Notes under the pieces: model-generated
What the model saw: only the letters and a program-made list of their open reading frames with translations
What the model was told of the DNA's origin: nothing
Databases searched by the model: none
Shown: piece by piece, positions 17,101 to 31,270 of the stretch
Layout of the letters: the number at the start of each line of letters is the position of its first letter
How positions within the stretch are numbered: position 1 is the first letter of the stretch
From: the human T2T-CHM13v2.0 reference genome, Homo sapiens
Strand: one strand, 5' to 3'
Assembly: GCF_009914755.1 (NCBI RefSeq)
Contig: NC_060942.1
Length of the DNA: 64,000 nucleotides
Position numbers and translations under genes: made by a program

Positions 17101-17622
17101 CTGCTGGGTTAACGCCCACATCACTAAGGCTTGAGCAAAGCCCTCCCTGCTCTGTCTGCTGGGCTAGTTTTTTCCTCCTAACTCACCAACTGCTTCTCTT
17201 TTATTAGCCTCACAGATCCCCTCACTCTCTGACCCTTCAGGGCTGAGTGGATCTCCAGAAATCTCCACTTTCTTGTCACCTCACGAGCTCACTATGCATT
17301 ACAGACACCACCCTTAAAACACATTCAAGGTCATTGTTGAATGGTGCAGGGCATAAACTTCAATAAGTTTGTTTTGCTGCCATTCGTAAAGCCTATACTT
17401 GTCTCCATTTGTGGGCATCCCATCCCAAGGACAGGAACTGCACAGGTCACTGCACGGGAGTGTAATAGTACAATGTGCAGTTAGATGCTTAGCAAATGAT
17501 GACACAAATGCTATGGATCTGTGAGACTATGTCTGAAATTTAATTGTTTGATATTGCCAAATATACATTTAGCATGTTTCTATCAAATAAACATTTCACT
17601 TAATTTGACAAGCGCCTTATGA

Positions 17623-17995
<373 letters not shown>

Positions 17996-20789
17996 CAGGC
18001 ACTGATATTTTAATGATGGGATAATATTACTATACAAGGCAAAATACGATGAATGTCATAAAGGAGTACAAGGTCATGTAGGGTTTTAAAAAATGATGAA
18101 GTCATACCCGTTTAGGAAACCAGGGACTACTTTAAGAAGAACATGACATTTTAGGCAGGTTTTGAGTGATGGGTCGAATTTTGATATAGATTATCCAAAT
18201 ATATTTTTAAAGAGCTGACGCTTAACACAACTAAATAATATCCCAAATTTAAGTGAAAATTTCATTTTATATCAATAAGTGGCATGATTTAGATACTGTG
18301 TATGTGTGAAGAAGCAAGCAGCTAAGGACTGTGTGTTAACATGTGTTTTCATATTGTCAGACTACATATTTCTGACAAAAAGCAGATTTTTGTAAAGCCC
18401 TTTGTAAAGCTCAATGGCTTTGCTACAAAGTGAACAACACAGGGCATTTTGGACACAAATGGTACCTCACTGTATGTGTGTATTATTGGCCCAAATGATT
18501 CACTCTTATTTAATTGCCATGAAGTCTTTCATCTCGCAGCTATACAGTAATAGTTTCCATATGACCAGTGGCTCTGCTATAAATAAGATCAAAAGCAGAA
18601 GAAAGGATTTAATAAAAGAAAATGACATTAAGAGTAGCATTAAATCAGGGGAAAAATACCTATATCCAACTCGTTTTTTGTTTGTTTGTTTGTTTGTTTT
18701 TTGAGAATAAAGCACCCAGAGTACTAGGCAGTTTCCCCAATATCTCATGAAAGGTCTTTTTGCAAGCAGTAGGTATCTGCAGAACCCATTGTGTGCACCT
18801 TAGAGTGGCAATGATTAAGTTGTGAGGGTACGTGTGAGGGGTAGAGGGCAGAGTGTCCCATTTAGAGTCAGGTTGGAGAACAGGTAATAGACCAAACGGC
18901 AAATTTCACATGGTAAAGAGTACAACTGCAATGTGTCAATGGCAAACGTTCACCCATTTCTCTGTCCTTTTCTGTTCTATTTAATGGAGAAAGACTTTTT
19001 GGTAATTCAGAGTTTCTCAGAGAATCATAACATTGCTCAATGCTAGTACATGAGTTCTGAGAAAGGAAGTTTTTTTTGGCAAAGCACAGTGACTTGATAT
19101 GAAAAGCCAACTTCCCAAACAAATTTTCTTCTAGTTCTTAAAAAAAAAGTACAATGTTAATCTCTATTCCCGACTGGATAAACAGCTGCTAATAACCTCC
19201 AGCTCCCAGGGGAGGAGGCTTACTTCCTTTCATCTTCAGACTGGTGGATACCTGACGTGCACTGGCCTTTAGTGGTTCCACATGTTTTTTGCTTTGCTTT
19301 TTTTCCAGACTGCTTCGGTACGGGTCTTGCCAAGTCGGGTCTCTTTTCCCCCTTTCCCTTAGATTGCATCCAAAACCTTGGAAGATATAGTCAGTTATGG
19401 TACTGCTTATTTGAAATAGTAGTTCTTTTACTGTTGGTGTGTTTAAAGAGGAAATTCAAACACCCAAAGGAGACTAGAGCGCCTTGGGCTCTTGTATCTT
19501 GAAGCCCTGTGAGAAAAATGACCATTTTAGTTCCTTTCATACTGAGCTAATTATTCACTTGAGGGCTGGCTATGTTCAAAAATACTCAATTTCTAGTAGT
19601 ATTGCTAGTGCACTTACTTATTAATACTTATAGCCGTGTCCTAAATAAAGGAGCAAACTTCAACACTTTTTCTTCTAATAGGAAGTGCCCTGCAGAAGAT
19701 TCCAGAGCCAGTCGGCCTCTGAAGTCTTTCTCACTTGCTCTTAAGCACCTGCTTTAATGGTGACCTCAGTTCTATATCTCAAGGTTTAGACATTTTGCAA
19801 AACAGCTTTTTAAACAAATACCAGCTGTTTCCCATCTAGACTACAGGGGGAAAATTTTGGGCAGCTTACAGAAACATTACCCAGAGACTACCATTCTCCA
19901 ATAACTTTCACACACTTTCAGCTCCAAAAGAGACCCGTCCGTGTGCAGAAGCCAGGGAGAAGGCAAATGTGAAATTAAAATGTGGAAACTCAATACCGTG
20001 GTTTTTGACAATGTGTCCAATTAACTGCTTTAAAATGAATGTGGCTATTGTATCAGGACAATGCTTCCCTAAAGATGTCATTTCACTAATATTGGACAGA
20101 TCTTTTGGTTAAACTCAACTTTATAGTTCTAAGATGATTTATGGATATAGAGGAAGCTATAATTATGCACAACTGTGAATGTCAACCAAATAGGTAGAAC
20201 CCTCGCATTACAGAAAATGTAATGCTACAGCTTTTTTTCAGTTCTCACTCCTAAAGCTGCTTTGCCTAAACCCTCTTCTTACTATGAACCCATTTTCAAC
20301 TTCTGTTTTCTAAGCAATTAAGATACTTTTGATTTGAAAAATTTACAGCCATAATAAAAGTTAAAATAACACAACGGCCATGGAATGTGAAAAAATATAA
20401 AATGGCCAAGGCCTAATCTTGGCTTTTAAACAGTGCCAAGTTGCTCCAGTATTTTCTGTTTTGGTATGAATGACATAACTGAATTACTTCATGAGTTGCT
20501 ACTTTAATTCCTAAGGGTGGAAAATTCCATGAGTTAACTTAATTTGGATGTAAAAAATATACATGAAAGCTCGCTCTTCCTGTGGACTCTCATGTGAAAT
20601 ATTCGAGCCAACTGCTGGAGCTGCCGTGCTGTGGAGGGGCTTTTCACCCAATGCAGCCCTGGCTGGCAAGCTGCAAGGACTGGTATCATCAGGCAGTTTT
20701 CTTACTTCCATTTAGGTGCATGAGCCTTTATTTTCTGTTTTTGGTTTTAAATCATGTTTATTATATGGCTCTGAAACGCCTTTTCTATC

Positions 20790-21040
20790 CTGTCTCTAAT
20801 TGTTGAAATTCTATGTGGACTCGAATATGAGCTCAATGGCATCTTCTCCGGGAAGCTTTTCCTAGCGGTCTGAATTGCTCCTTAGGTCATTTCATAATTC
20901 TACCTTGCATTATAGTTAGACCCATATTTGTATTATCACTCTACCAGGATAAAAGGCCTGTAAGATCAGATACTTTCTTTTACACGTTTATGCATCCCCA
21001 AAAGCATCTGAAGCACAGCAGATGCAGAAAGAGTGAATGA
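20790..21040 (+). mobile_element. L2 3' end fragment
   Basis: ggaagcttttcct...ctgtaagatcaga...gagtgaatgaa terminus. Approximate. Confidence 0.55.
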
Positions 21041-21317
21041 ACATATGTATATTTTCTAATATATACAATATATACTTTTCCCTCCAGAAAATCTGCTTTC
21101 CTGAGAAAATAAGGGTAATATTGCATTTTTTTAAATGCACAGTTGTGCCTATTCCAAATTATGGATAGTTTAAGATTATGTCCCTGTAACAGTTCATTTA
21201 AAAAATGATGATCACTGTGCTATTAAATGTGTCTGCCTGCCTTTTCCTCCACAATTTAAGAAGAAAACCATGTAAGGATGTAAGAATATGATGAGGTTAT
21301 AGGGTCTATTTTAAATA

Positions 21318-21320
<3 letters not shown>

Positions 21321-21350
<30 letters not shown>
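21321..21350. repeat. (GT)15 microsatellite
   Basis: Direct reading of the sequence. Confidence 0.92.
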
Positions 21351-21352
<2 letters not shown>

Positions 21353-21834
21353 CTTTTATATTTTAAAACTGGGAAAGACAAGGTTTTTGTCTTTGATTTA
21401 TTTAAAATTCATGGCTCCAAGATGCTAAACACCAGAGAACTAGGATTTGTTTGTCCTAGGTGCAGAGAGAGCAGGGTTTTGAGGTAAACATCCAATGCCA
21501 GACTGTTTCAACATCATAGAGTCTGAATTTGAGTAAAATATGTATTCATGTGGAGAGAAGGGGAAATACCTAAGGTGGCCAACCATGTTCACATATGGGC
21601 ATGCACAGTGTCCTCATCACTTTTCTTAGGGGCTGCTGAATAGAGCTTAAAGGATCTTACTTCTATTGCTGTTTTCAAAATCTTTTGACTTTTCTTTAAA
21701 TTAATATAGAAATATCAAATGGTAAGCTCAAGGATTCTCAGCTGTTATCACTCATCCATGGCTAAAAGAATTTCTTCAAGTTCTTTTACCTTTCTGTCCT
21801 TTTTTTTTTCAGTTTTAAAAAAATAAAGTATGAT

Positions 21835-23450
21835 ATTGATAAAGTTCAAAACTTTCGGTTGAGGTTGCTAATCTGCTCTCCGAAATACTTGATAGTTGTG
21901 GAGATTAGGAGAGATGACAGAACACTAGAGAAGGCAAATATCCTAATTTAAAGAAAAACAAGATAGTAGCTATTGAAAGATGATGTTGACCACCAATAGC
22001 TTGGGTGAAATTCTGTAACAGGGTATTTAGAAAATAGTTTTGAAAGTGCTCTGAAACACAGGAATGGCCTCTCAAACTCAGTTTGGTTCCACCAGAGCAA
22101 GGCATTCTGGACAAGCCTCATTTCCTGCTTCACAGTGAGTGCTGCATGCCCGGCTTCTGTGACAACGCTACGGACAAAATGAGCAAAGGTGGGCCATACG
22201 GTGTATAAGGAGGGAGACAGAACCAGCTGAGATTAAACTCAAAGGATAGAAGACAGCACTCGTGTAGAAAGAATGTCTGTAACACTGAGCCTCATGGCCT
22301 TCTGGTCAATCCCCTCCCCTGAAAATATTGTATTGGTGGCTTTGATGTGGGCATTAGTCACACCCATCACATTTGCCAGCAACAGAGATGGCAGAGTATG
22401 TGACTGAATGAGGGCTTCAGGGAAACCATTAAACAGGAATCAGACTGAGGCTACAACATAACATTCAATGGGGTTTCATGAAGTTTTGTACAGACACAAC
22501 AAAAAGTACACAATGAGACTGGGGAGATAGGTGGCTTATGGATTTCAGTTGATTACAAATTGAATATATGTCAGCAGGACAATGAAAGCATCAAACATAG
22601 CAAAACAGGATATTGTTAGGTGGCCTTAATGAAGATACAAGGTACTGAATGGGGGAGGAGATAGATCCACCCTAGTCCACTTGATCCTTTCTTAAGCACT
22701 GTGTTCAGTTTGCGGTTCCACACACTAAAAGGTTCTTGTGGAGAAAAAGGCATCCTTGCTAAACTAGGGAGAATGCACTGGGAAGCAATGGAGTTCATGA
22801 CAGGGAGTCCAAACTTTTTTTCAGGTTAAATATTTGAAGATAGTGATGTTTCGTCTAGAGGGAAAAAACACTCAGCAGACTGTCTTCAAATAACTGAGTT
22901 TCTCAAGTGCTTGTTGGACTTGATTTGTGGGCAATTCTATTGGGCAGAAACATAAGGACTGTAGAAAAAAGCAAATTTGGGCTGGACCTAGGAAGAACTT
23001 TCAAATATTTGATGAAAATGGACTTTGTGGGCATTTGGAGCTAGTCACCCTTGAAGGAAGGAGGCTGATCAAGACTTGTTGACTGCTTGGCAGGAAATCT
23101 GTAGGGAGATTTCAGTAGAGATAATCTCTTAAATTCCCTGAGAGTCCATGGGAATAACTGCTTAGAAATGAAGTATGCACTCAAATAGACACAGAACTTT
23201 ATGGAATCAAAACCTGTGAAAGCCCAAGAGGAGCAACTGATAAATTGATAAAGATCAAAACTTTCAGTTGAGGTTACTAATCTGCTCTCCGAAATACCTG
23301 ATAGTTGTGGAGATTAGGAGAGATGACAGAACACTAGAGAAGGCAAATATCCTAATTTAAAGAAAAACAAGATAGTAGCTATTAAAAGATGATGCTGACC
23401 ACCAATAGCTTCGCTGAAATTCTGTAACAGGCTATTTAGAAAATAGTTTT
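21835..23450 (+). repeat. 207-bp dispersed direct duplication (21835-22041 and 23244-23450; 9 mismatches)
   Basis: Manual ungapped alignment. Confidence 0.95.
21840..23150 (+). mobile_element. L3/CR1 LINE remnant
   Basis: CR1 3' region phrases: cactgtgttcagttt, tgtcttcaaataactgag, aggaagaactttc. Approximate. Confidence 0.6.
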
Positions 23451-23799
23451 CTATTTTATCAACTTTATCAACTGAAGATGCTGATGCCTCTGTTGATCAT
23501 ATCTTTGTTGAAGAGGCCCACATAGAAACAGAATCTTCTGACTCCTGCTGCTCCCATGACTATGTACCAATAACTGCCACATCACATCAATGCCCACTAC
23601 CCTCTCTTTTTGCCAAATATTACTGGTAGAGCTAAATAGCAACTCATTGCAGGCAGCCTAGGGCCAACTACAGAGTTTTCTTGGATTTCATTAGTTAAGT
23701 CAGAGTAACAGAATGGTTTCTAATTTCTACCACTCACAGTTTTGAAATGGTTATGGTATTAGGGTAAAGAGGAAGTCGGCTGAGCAGTGTAGGATATAG

Positions 23800-24132
<333 letters not shown>

Positions 24133-25559
24133 TCTTTTGTCTGGTTTCTAATTCTACTAGTGAGTACCCATGGTTTGGTCACTTCCCCTTCCTAGGCCTT
24201 AGTCTTCAAAGAAGGGCAATGGGCTGATTTCCAGGGTACTTTTAGAATCTAAAATTCAGTGGTCTGAGCTCTTAACTATACAAGGAAAACTAACTGAAGT
24301 TGTTTGTCCTATGAAGCCCTAAGAGGTAAAAGTTCTCATGTATATAATGTCAGTTAAATAAAAAGATACCACTTTTCCTAAGGAATGCTCTTTTGATAGA
24401 CTGCATTTAATCCAAAGTAAAACAAAAATTGTTACTGAAAAGAGGAAAACTGGGCAAAGATCCACTTTTATTGGTGATTTCTGAAATGGGTTCCACATCC
24501 CCCACCTGCAGGACTCTGAAGGGATGCTGTGGAGGACAGGTGTGTGGGGTGAGTTGCACATGACTCCCCCATCCCTAAGTCAACTGGAGATGACCACTCC
24601 TCTACTAAACAACCATGTGATCTTTCACTACTGGATAAGGGTCAGGCCCCTGGTCTTTTAGAGGGCATAGCAGACTGGCAGGGAGCAATCTGCTTAAGTA
24701 CACATCTTTTCCTACTAGCCTGTGAATTCCTTGAGAGCACAGAACCTACACTTGGTAACCACGGATAAATGTTATTGAAATGAATAAATAGACTTTAAAC
24801 AAGAAGGATCTGAGAGCTACACTAATGCGATATATGAATAGTAGAGGGGATTTTTAGCTCAATGATCACGTAGTTGCTGACTCTACCAACAAATAAACGG
24901 GAACACATAGAGTCACATAAAGACAAATTTGATGTGGGTTTTGTTCTTAGTCAGTTAAAAAAGCGGTTAGGTCATTTGAAACGCTTCTTTTCAGGCCTCA
25001 TCTGTGGATGTGAATACTGAATGAGTAACAGAGAGAATTCTATCTGGAAAATTGCCCTTTCCATAATTTATAAGAAATCTAATCATTTAATATCAGGATT
25101 AATCATGGAGGTCTCTGAGGCAGAGAGGGAATCATACTTGGTAAGAGTTTCTAACTAGGGTAGTGAAGACCTGGCTATTTCCTTATTCTCCCACATTCAG
25201 AGATTTCTGCTTTAATTTTGGAAGAAAAGTGGGTGGTTATAGTAAGAAAAATAACTTGATAACTTAAAATTTGCTACCTCAAGGACCCTGGTAGGGAGAG
25301 TTCACACCTCTTAGGCACTCAGCGCAAACATGTTGGTTTAAGAATAAGTGCATAGATAATGTGGGTTTTAATCCAAGCATGCCACCACTTTGGAGGGAAA
25401 GTTCTCTGTCTATACATTTGGGAAGAGAGCTGCTCTGGGAACCCAGCCATGGAATACCTGGAAACTTCTTTTGCCAACCAACACTTATCAAGTTTTGAAA
25501 ATCACAAGCTCCTAGCATTTAAAATAAGTTCTGAAAAGGTGTTCTCATAGATAATCTCT

Positions 25560-25790
25560 GGAGAGTATGCCTGGTAGTAAAAAAGAGCATTGAATTTGGA
25601 GTTGATGTGCTTGAGTTTAAATCCCGCTGCAGGACTTGAGACTAACTGCTCAAACTTCTAAGGCTCACTTTACCGACACCTGAAATGACCACTATTATCA
25701 TCCTCACTGGGCTGTTGTGAAGACTGCCTAAGACAACACATGCAGAGCGCCTAGCAGAGGGGCTGCCAACTCACACTCACAGAATGTTAA
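25560..25790 (+). mobile_element. MIR
   Basis: aagagcatt...ggag...gttgtgaaga...gcgcctagcag MIR-like layout. Approximate. Confidence 0.6.
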
Positions 25791-25829
25791 GTTTCCTCGT
25801 TTCTTTTCTCCCGTTTCTATGGATGATCT

Positions 25830-26370
25830 ATTTACAGGGGTCGGGGGGAGAGAGACAAAATATAATATGTGAGACTCGAGGAATTTACAACAGTTGGTAA
25901 GGCAGAGTCATATCTATAAAAGATGCACAGCTATGCGGAGCTGGTTAAGATAAATATCTAGAAATGGTATGATTCATAGGGCTGTAAGAATAGAGAAAAA
26001 AATGGCTAGCATGAGTGGGGTAGCAAGGGAAGGCTTCCTGGAAGAAGAATGATTTGAGTCAGTGCTTTGAGAATGGGTGGGTATTAGGTGTACAGAGATA
26101 AGCAGATAGGGCTGGACAAGACAAAGAGATACAAAAGTTCCGAAGGAGAACATACAGGGTGAATTCTGGTAATATGCCCAGCCTTGTCTTGCTGGAAGAC
26201 TTGTTGCAGATTGGAAGAGCTCAACATAAGGCTTTCGGTAAATGGTAATAGGCTTCAAATGCTGAGCTAAGGAATTGGTCTTTATCTTGTAGAAAATGGA
26301 AAGGCAGGGAAGGTTTTTGAGCAGGAAATAAGCATAGCTCAATAATATCATCCAGAGAGCTTGCAAGTAT
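25830..26370 (-). mobile_element. L2 fragment
   Basis: gggaaggcttcctggaaga, ggaattggtctttatcttgtag, ggtttttgagcagg typical of antisense L2. Confidence 0.65.
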
Positions 26371-27446
26371 ACAAACATTCGCTCTTGTGTTATGAGCCAT
26401 GCCGCTGTGAAAAAAAAAAATCCCTTTCATTATACTAATACTTAGTAAATCACTGAAGACCTACTTCAGAACTCCAAGGAAAACATTTTATGAATCAAAA
26501 GCTAAGGACAATATGTTAGCAATTAAATGAGATAACATAACAGCCGAGGCAGAACCACAGTTTTCCCCACCACAACTTCAAGCTGCTGCAGAAAGAAATG
26601 CTTATATCACCTTCCAAGTTATCAAGCCATTTTGTTTTGATTTTTGGAAGGCAGGGAGAAAGGAAATGAGAAGCGTACGGAGGTCGAGAGGATTCAGAGC
26701 TGTCTACTCTTTAATCAGAAGGAATTACTGAGGAGAGTTAGAAAGGCGATGTGCTCAATACAAAACCGGGACTGGGATGAGTATCAAGTTACTGCAACTC
26801 GCTTCCGCCCAGAACAACAAACGAAGGTGTGTAGTTGGGAATGAGACTCTCACCAGTGCTCTCTGCTGAAGTTTCCGGTGCATACCTCCCACGGCTACTT
26901 TATTTACTGCAGCTGGCCAAAGTTTTATAGCCTGTTTCATGTATTAAAATTCAAATGTGGAAAACATTACCAGTATCCTCCTTGAATTTTTTTGTTGTTG
27001 TGGGGAAGGGGGATGAGGTTTTTTTTTTTTTTTTTTTGCCTTCCCCTTAAACTTCCTTTTTATTGTGGAATGTATCAAATGGTCAAAGGCTAACTTCAGA
27101 CTGATTAAATTCAAAAACTATTTCCTTTGTTCTTATGTTTTTGTTTTAAAATTCATACCAGTTTGCACGGGAAAGATAGGCCAAACCAATCCTTTTCACA
27201 CACATTAGTGTTTCAGGCTGAGGAGCTCAGATTCTGGGGACACGTTGAATGGTTTTCAGGAAGAAAGGAGAGAGACTGCAAAACCCCATTTGGTTCAAAG
27301 GGCAGCAGGGTGATGACATGCCATATCTTTGGAGTTACGCTATGATCTGCTTGGCTCTGTGGCTGTCCTTGATTGAATATTAAATGTCTTCAGAGGAGAA
27401 AACAGGAACTTATCCTTATCAGCAAAACTGGCGGCTTTATTGCTTT

Positions 27447-27468
27447 TGTGTGTGTGTGTGTGTGTGTG
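27447..27468. repeat. (TG)n microsatellite
   Basis: Direct reading of the sequence. Confidence 0.9.
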
Positions 27469-28969
27469 TATATCAAGATCAAATTAAAGGGGTTTCTATG
27501 TAATATTGGCTAATTATTTCCTTTTTTCTACCGTTCTATTCAGTCGTCTCACTTTCGGTTCTACTGAGGTCAGTCCAACTTCCCATCTCCAAAAATAATT
27601 CTAGTCTTTTCCTCCCATCCCACCTCTGAATCTGACTCAAAAAGGAGTCAATTCAAAGGTCAAATAGTCCCCAAAAGTATTTATGTATAGTTTAATATTT
27701 AAAAGAACCACTTAACCTACATATGGTATTTAAGAAAAACTTTACATATTTATGGAAAAAATAGTCTCTGAAGCAATGCCCTGGGTGCATGTTACATCCG
27801 TTTAACATATGCAAAATGAACACAGCTACAGAAATTAAACTATTTTTCTGTTGATTGAGAGCAGATATACAGAAATGGTTATAAGTCACAGATCTGGCTT
27901 TTAATAAAGCCAGATTTCTTAATTAAAAGCAGTATGTTTAAACATTGTAGTTAGAAAAAAAAGAGCTGTACAAACGAAAATCTCATATTATATGCATCCC
28001 AAGTGTATTTAACACATTACCTGAGGCCAAGCTAAATTAAAATCTAGACTTTTCTTTTGTAAACTCTAAGCAACTGCCATGAACATATAAACAATTTTTA
28101 TTCAATGATGAATTTTTAGGGCAGAGGTCAAGGGAAAGAAAAAAAGATTTCTCTTTGGCATTCAAAAATATCTTTCCACATTTTAGATGTGAGTTCGTTG
28201 CTTCTATTTATAAACCAGTATTTTTGGTTTCAAATTGGTTGCAGATTTCAATACTACACCGTTCAGAATGGTACTCTTAATCTTAGACTTTTATTAAGAG
28301 AAACTGAAAGATGGACAGGAGAATACTACTGAGCAAGAACTTAAAAGAACCTCATAATAATTTGTATGTATTTTGCATTTCCTTTTGGGACCATGCTTAA
28401 ACGAGAAATGCTACAGTGATAATGGAAAATATACCTTCATCCAAGCAACTTTTAGCGAGCCTGTAAGGGGCAAAATAGGACACTAAGGTGCTTAGAGACG
28501 AGGTAGAGCTTGTGAGGATCAGAACTACAGAGAATCACTGGTCAAGTTACATTCTCCACCACTCTGGTCACCTCATTAATTGTCATCACTTAATATTCTA
28601 TTAAGAAGAGTCTCTGAATCTTCATAATCATCCTCAAAAAGAATTATCTCCAAAATCCTTTCAAAAGTAATGAGGAAAAAAATCACAATTGTAATATGGA
28701 CAAATCTGCTTAAATATAATTCAAATAAAGACTTATTCTAAATAGGTAGTAGTAAAGCTACTCTATTAAATTACACAGTCACATGCAATGTATTTATACA
28801 AATAAACATACCATATATTTCTATCTCCCAGACTCAGAATTGACAGACACTATTTTGGCTTCTTTAATTAAAAAAAAAACACTAATATTTGAATTACTAG
28901 CAATGTCATATTATAATATGAACTCAAATTGTACACTTTGGCCAGGGTCACCAAAATGAATAATTTCAA

Positions 28970-29510
28970 ACACCAACAATGACCCAGCAATTCATCCTCA
29001 AGGGAAACATGTGTCTGCACAAAAACTTAAACATGAATATTTATAGAAGCATTATTCATCATAGCCAAGGAGTTGGAACAACCCAACTGTGTAATGTGGT
29101 ATGTCCATACAGTGAAATACTATTTGACAATAAAAATGAATAAAGCTCTAATACGTGGCAAACTGTAGAAAAACTGCAACAGTCATGCTAAGTAAAAGAT
29201 GCCAGTCAAAAAAGACCACCACATGTTGTATGATTCCATATATTCAAAATATCCAGAATAGGTAAATCTATAGACATAGGAAGTAGACAAGTGGTTGCCA
29301 AGGGCTGGAAGTGGAGGGATGGGGAATGACTGCTTAATGGGCAACGGGGATTCTTTTCTTTTTGCAGGGGGCAAAAATATTCAAAACCTAGACTATGGTG
29401 ATGGTTGCACAACCTTGTAAATACACTAAAACACTTGAATTGTACACCTGAAATGGGCTCATCGTATGTTAAGTGAATTATATCTCAATAAAGCTGATTT
29501 TTTAAAAAAC
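28970..29510 (+). mobile_element. L1M (L1MB-like) 3' end
   Basis: gacccagcaatt...gtggttgccaagggctgg...gatggttgcacaac...tatatctcaataaagctg plus A tail. Ends about 75 nt from the exon 15 donor. Confidence 0.88.
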
Positions 29511-29584
29511 AGCAACAATAGTATCTATATCTGAAATTCTAACTCTATATGATAACTATAGAGTCTATAAATTTCATCACTTAC

Positions 29585-29788
29585 CATGAGTGAATGTCTG
29601 TTGGCTGAAAGAAGGCCGGTTCCATACCCTGAGCCCAGACCACCCATGGCTCCATTATGAGAAGGTCCAATGATTCCATGCATGTCCCCATGACCACCAG
29701 GCATAGCTGTGGATGGGCCCACTGCATGGTTCCGGAGAACATGAATAGCATCATCCAGTCTTTCTAAACGATCTTCAATTCGGCTTTG
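29585..29788 (-). CDS. TCF4: TCF4 exon 15 ([24 protein letters not shown]...ANRHSLM), AD2 region
   Basis: aacAG|CAAAGC acceptor, CATG|GTaagt donor, 204 nt. Carries the conserved E-protein [12 protein letters not shown] motif. Confidence 0.97.
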
Positions 29789-30699
29789 CTGTTGGTTAAC
29801 AAATGATGTAAAATTTGATTTAGTTCAAAAGGGGTGCCTAAATTATACAAGTAAAATTTTAGTCGACAAAAAACACACTGTGTTTCTAAATACATGTTTC
29901 CAATAAAATGTATTTCCTTAAAACAATAATACAAATAGTGTTGTTTCCAGAAAACTGGTAGAACGTGTTAATGTTAAAATTATAGTGTTATTTTTCATGA
30001 ACAAACTAAATTCAATAATTATTCCAGGACATTATAACATACATGTGCTATATACGGTACTGCCTTTTGAAAGGCAATTTAAATTTATTTTAGAAGAGAA
30101 AAACATTCACTGAATTTAAGGAACTTTCTGGCAGGTATTAAGTTAAAGAGTTTTAAACAATTACCACTGGAAAGATGACCTATTTATAGTTTCTTAATTA
30201 AATTCTTTTCCTGAAGGTATATTTCTTTGGTCTTCCCTGTGGTATATGACCCAGTGCTAAGTACCAAATCAGAGACAGGGAAAAGCAAATGGATGATAAT
30301 TTCTTGTTGAGTTTTTACCGGTGTTTCTGGCTTCCTGTCATCAAAACCAGTGGGTGTGTGGTGGTATGCGTGTAAGGGCCTCAAAATGGTTACAGAAAAA
30401 AATTATATAAATTCTGTCAACTAAAGTAGTATAAGATTTTAAGACTGAAGAATCACAAACACTTGAATCAACTGTTCACTGGGGGCATCTAACTGAGTTC
30501 AAAGCCCCAACTATAGCATAGAATTCGCAACTTTAAACCATTAAAAACCAACCAACCTTTGTTCATCCTTGCCATTAGGATTCTAGTTTTTCACAACTAG
30601 ACAATGCGTATAGTTTTTAGTGAAGAAAATGTATGTATTCATTTTAAAGGTATGTATTCATTTTAAAAACTGATCAATAATGATATCAAATACCACTCT

Positions 30700-30930
30700 C
30701 CAGTGTACACTTTAAAATATACCATCTCATTGATCCTTGTTTCACGTGTGTATGGGCAGGCAGGGAAGACATTATGATTCCTTCCGTACAGACATGAAAA
30801 TGAGGCTCAAAGACACAAAGTGAATTAGTTACGTAGTGTCACACTGCTAGGAAATGGTAAAGTCAGAGTTGGAATCTAGGTCTTTTTATTTTAAATCTAG
30901 TGACTCTTTGCACTAGATCATGCTACAATT
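30700..30930 (-). mobile_element. MIR
   Basis: tacagacatgaaaatgaggctcaaaga...tcacactgctag. Confidence 0.65.
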
Positions 30931-31029
30931 GACTTTGATTTTGAATCGGCTGTGCAAACAAGTGTACCAGCTCTATTGCATGAGAAAAAACATTTCTATT
31001 TTATACTGACAGGAAGAATGTGTGTCTAA

Positions 31030-31270
31030 TATAGTAGTCTATGGTACAGAACATTCTGATTTGGTGGGTTTGGGAGTTAAACTACCTCCCCTAGACTGCT
31101 AGCTTTGCTACGTATTTGGCCTTGGAAAAGTTACTAAACCTCTTGGAGTGCATGCTTTCTAATTTATAAATATGGGAATGATAATACATACTTACTTCTG
31201 AGTGTAAATGTATGCAGGAAAAGAAATCATACATGTGCCTATCACAGTTTCTGGCTCACAGCTTCCTGGT
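31030..31270 (+). mobile_element. MIR
   Basis: ccttggaaaagttactaaacctct...ataaatatgggaatgataata. Confidence 0.65.

Noticed and set aside
21835-23450. Direct repeats read as LTRs of a retroelement or as a CRISPR-like array
   Set aside because: Only two copies, no TG...CA termini, PBS or PPT, and the interior is decayed L3. Kept as a duplication instead.
26755-26940. Minus-strand ORF with a CTG|GTGAGA donor as a cassette exon
   Set aside because: The acceptor lacks a polypyrimidine tract and the peptide is unrecognisable.
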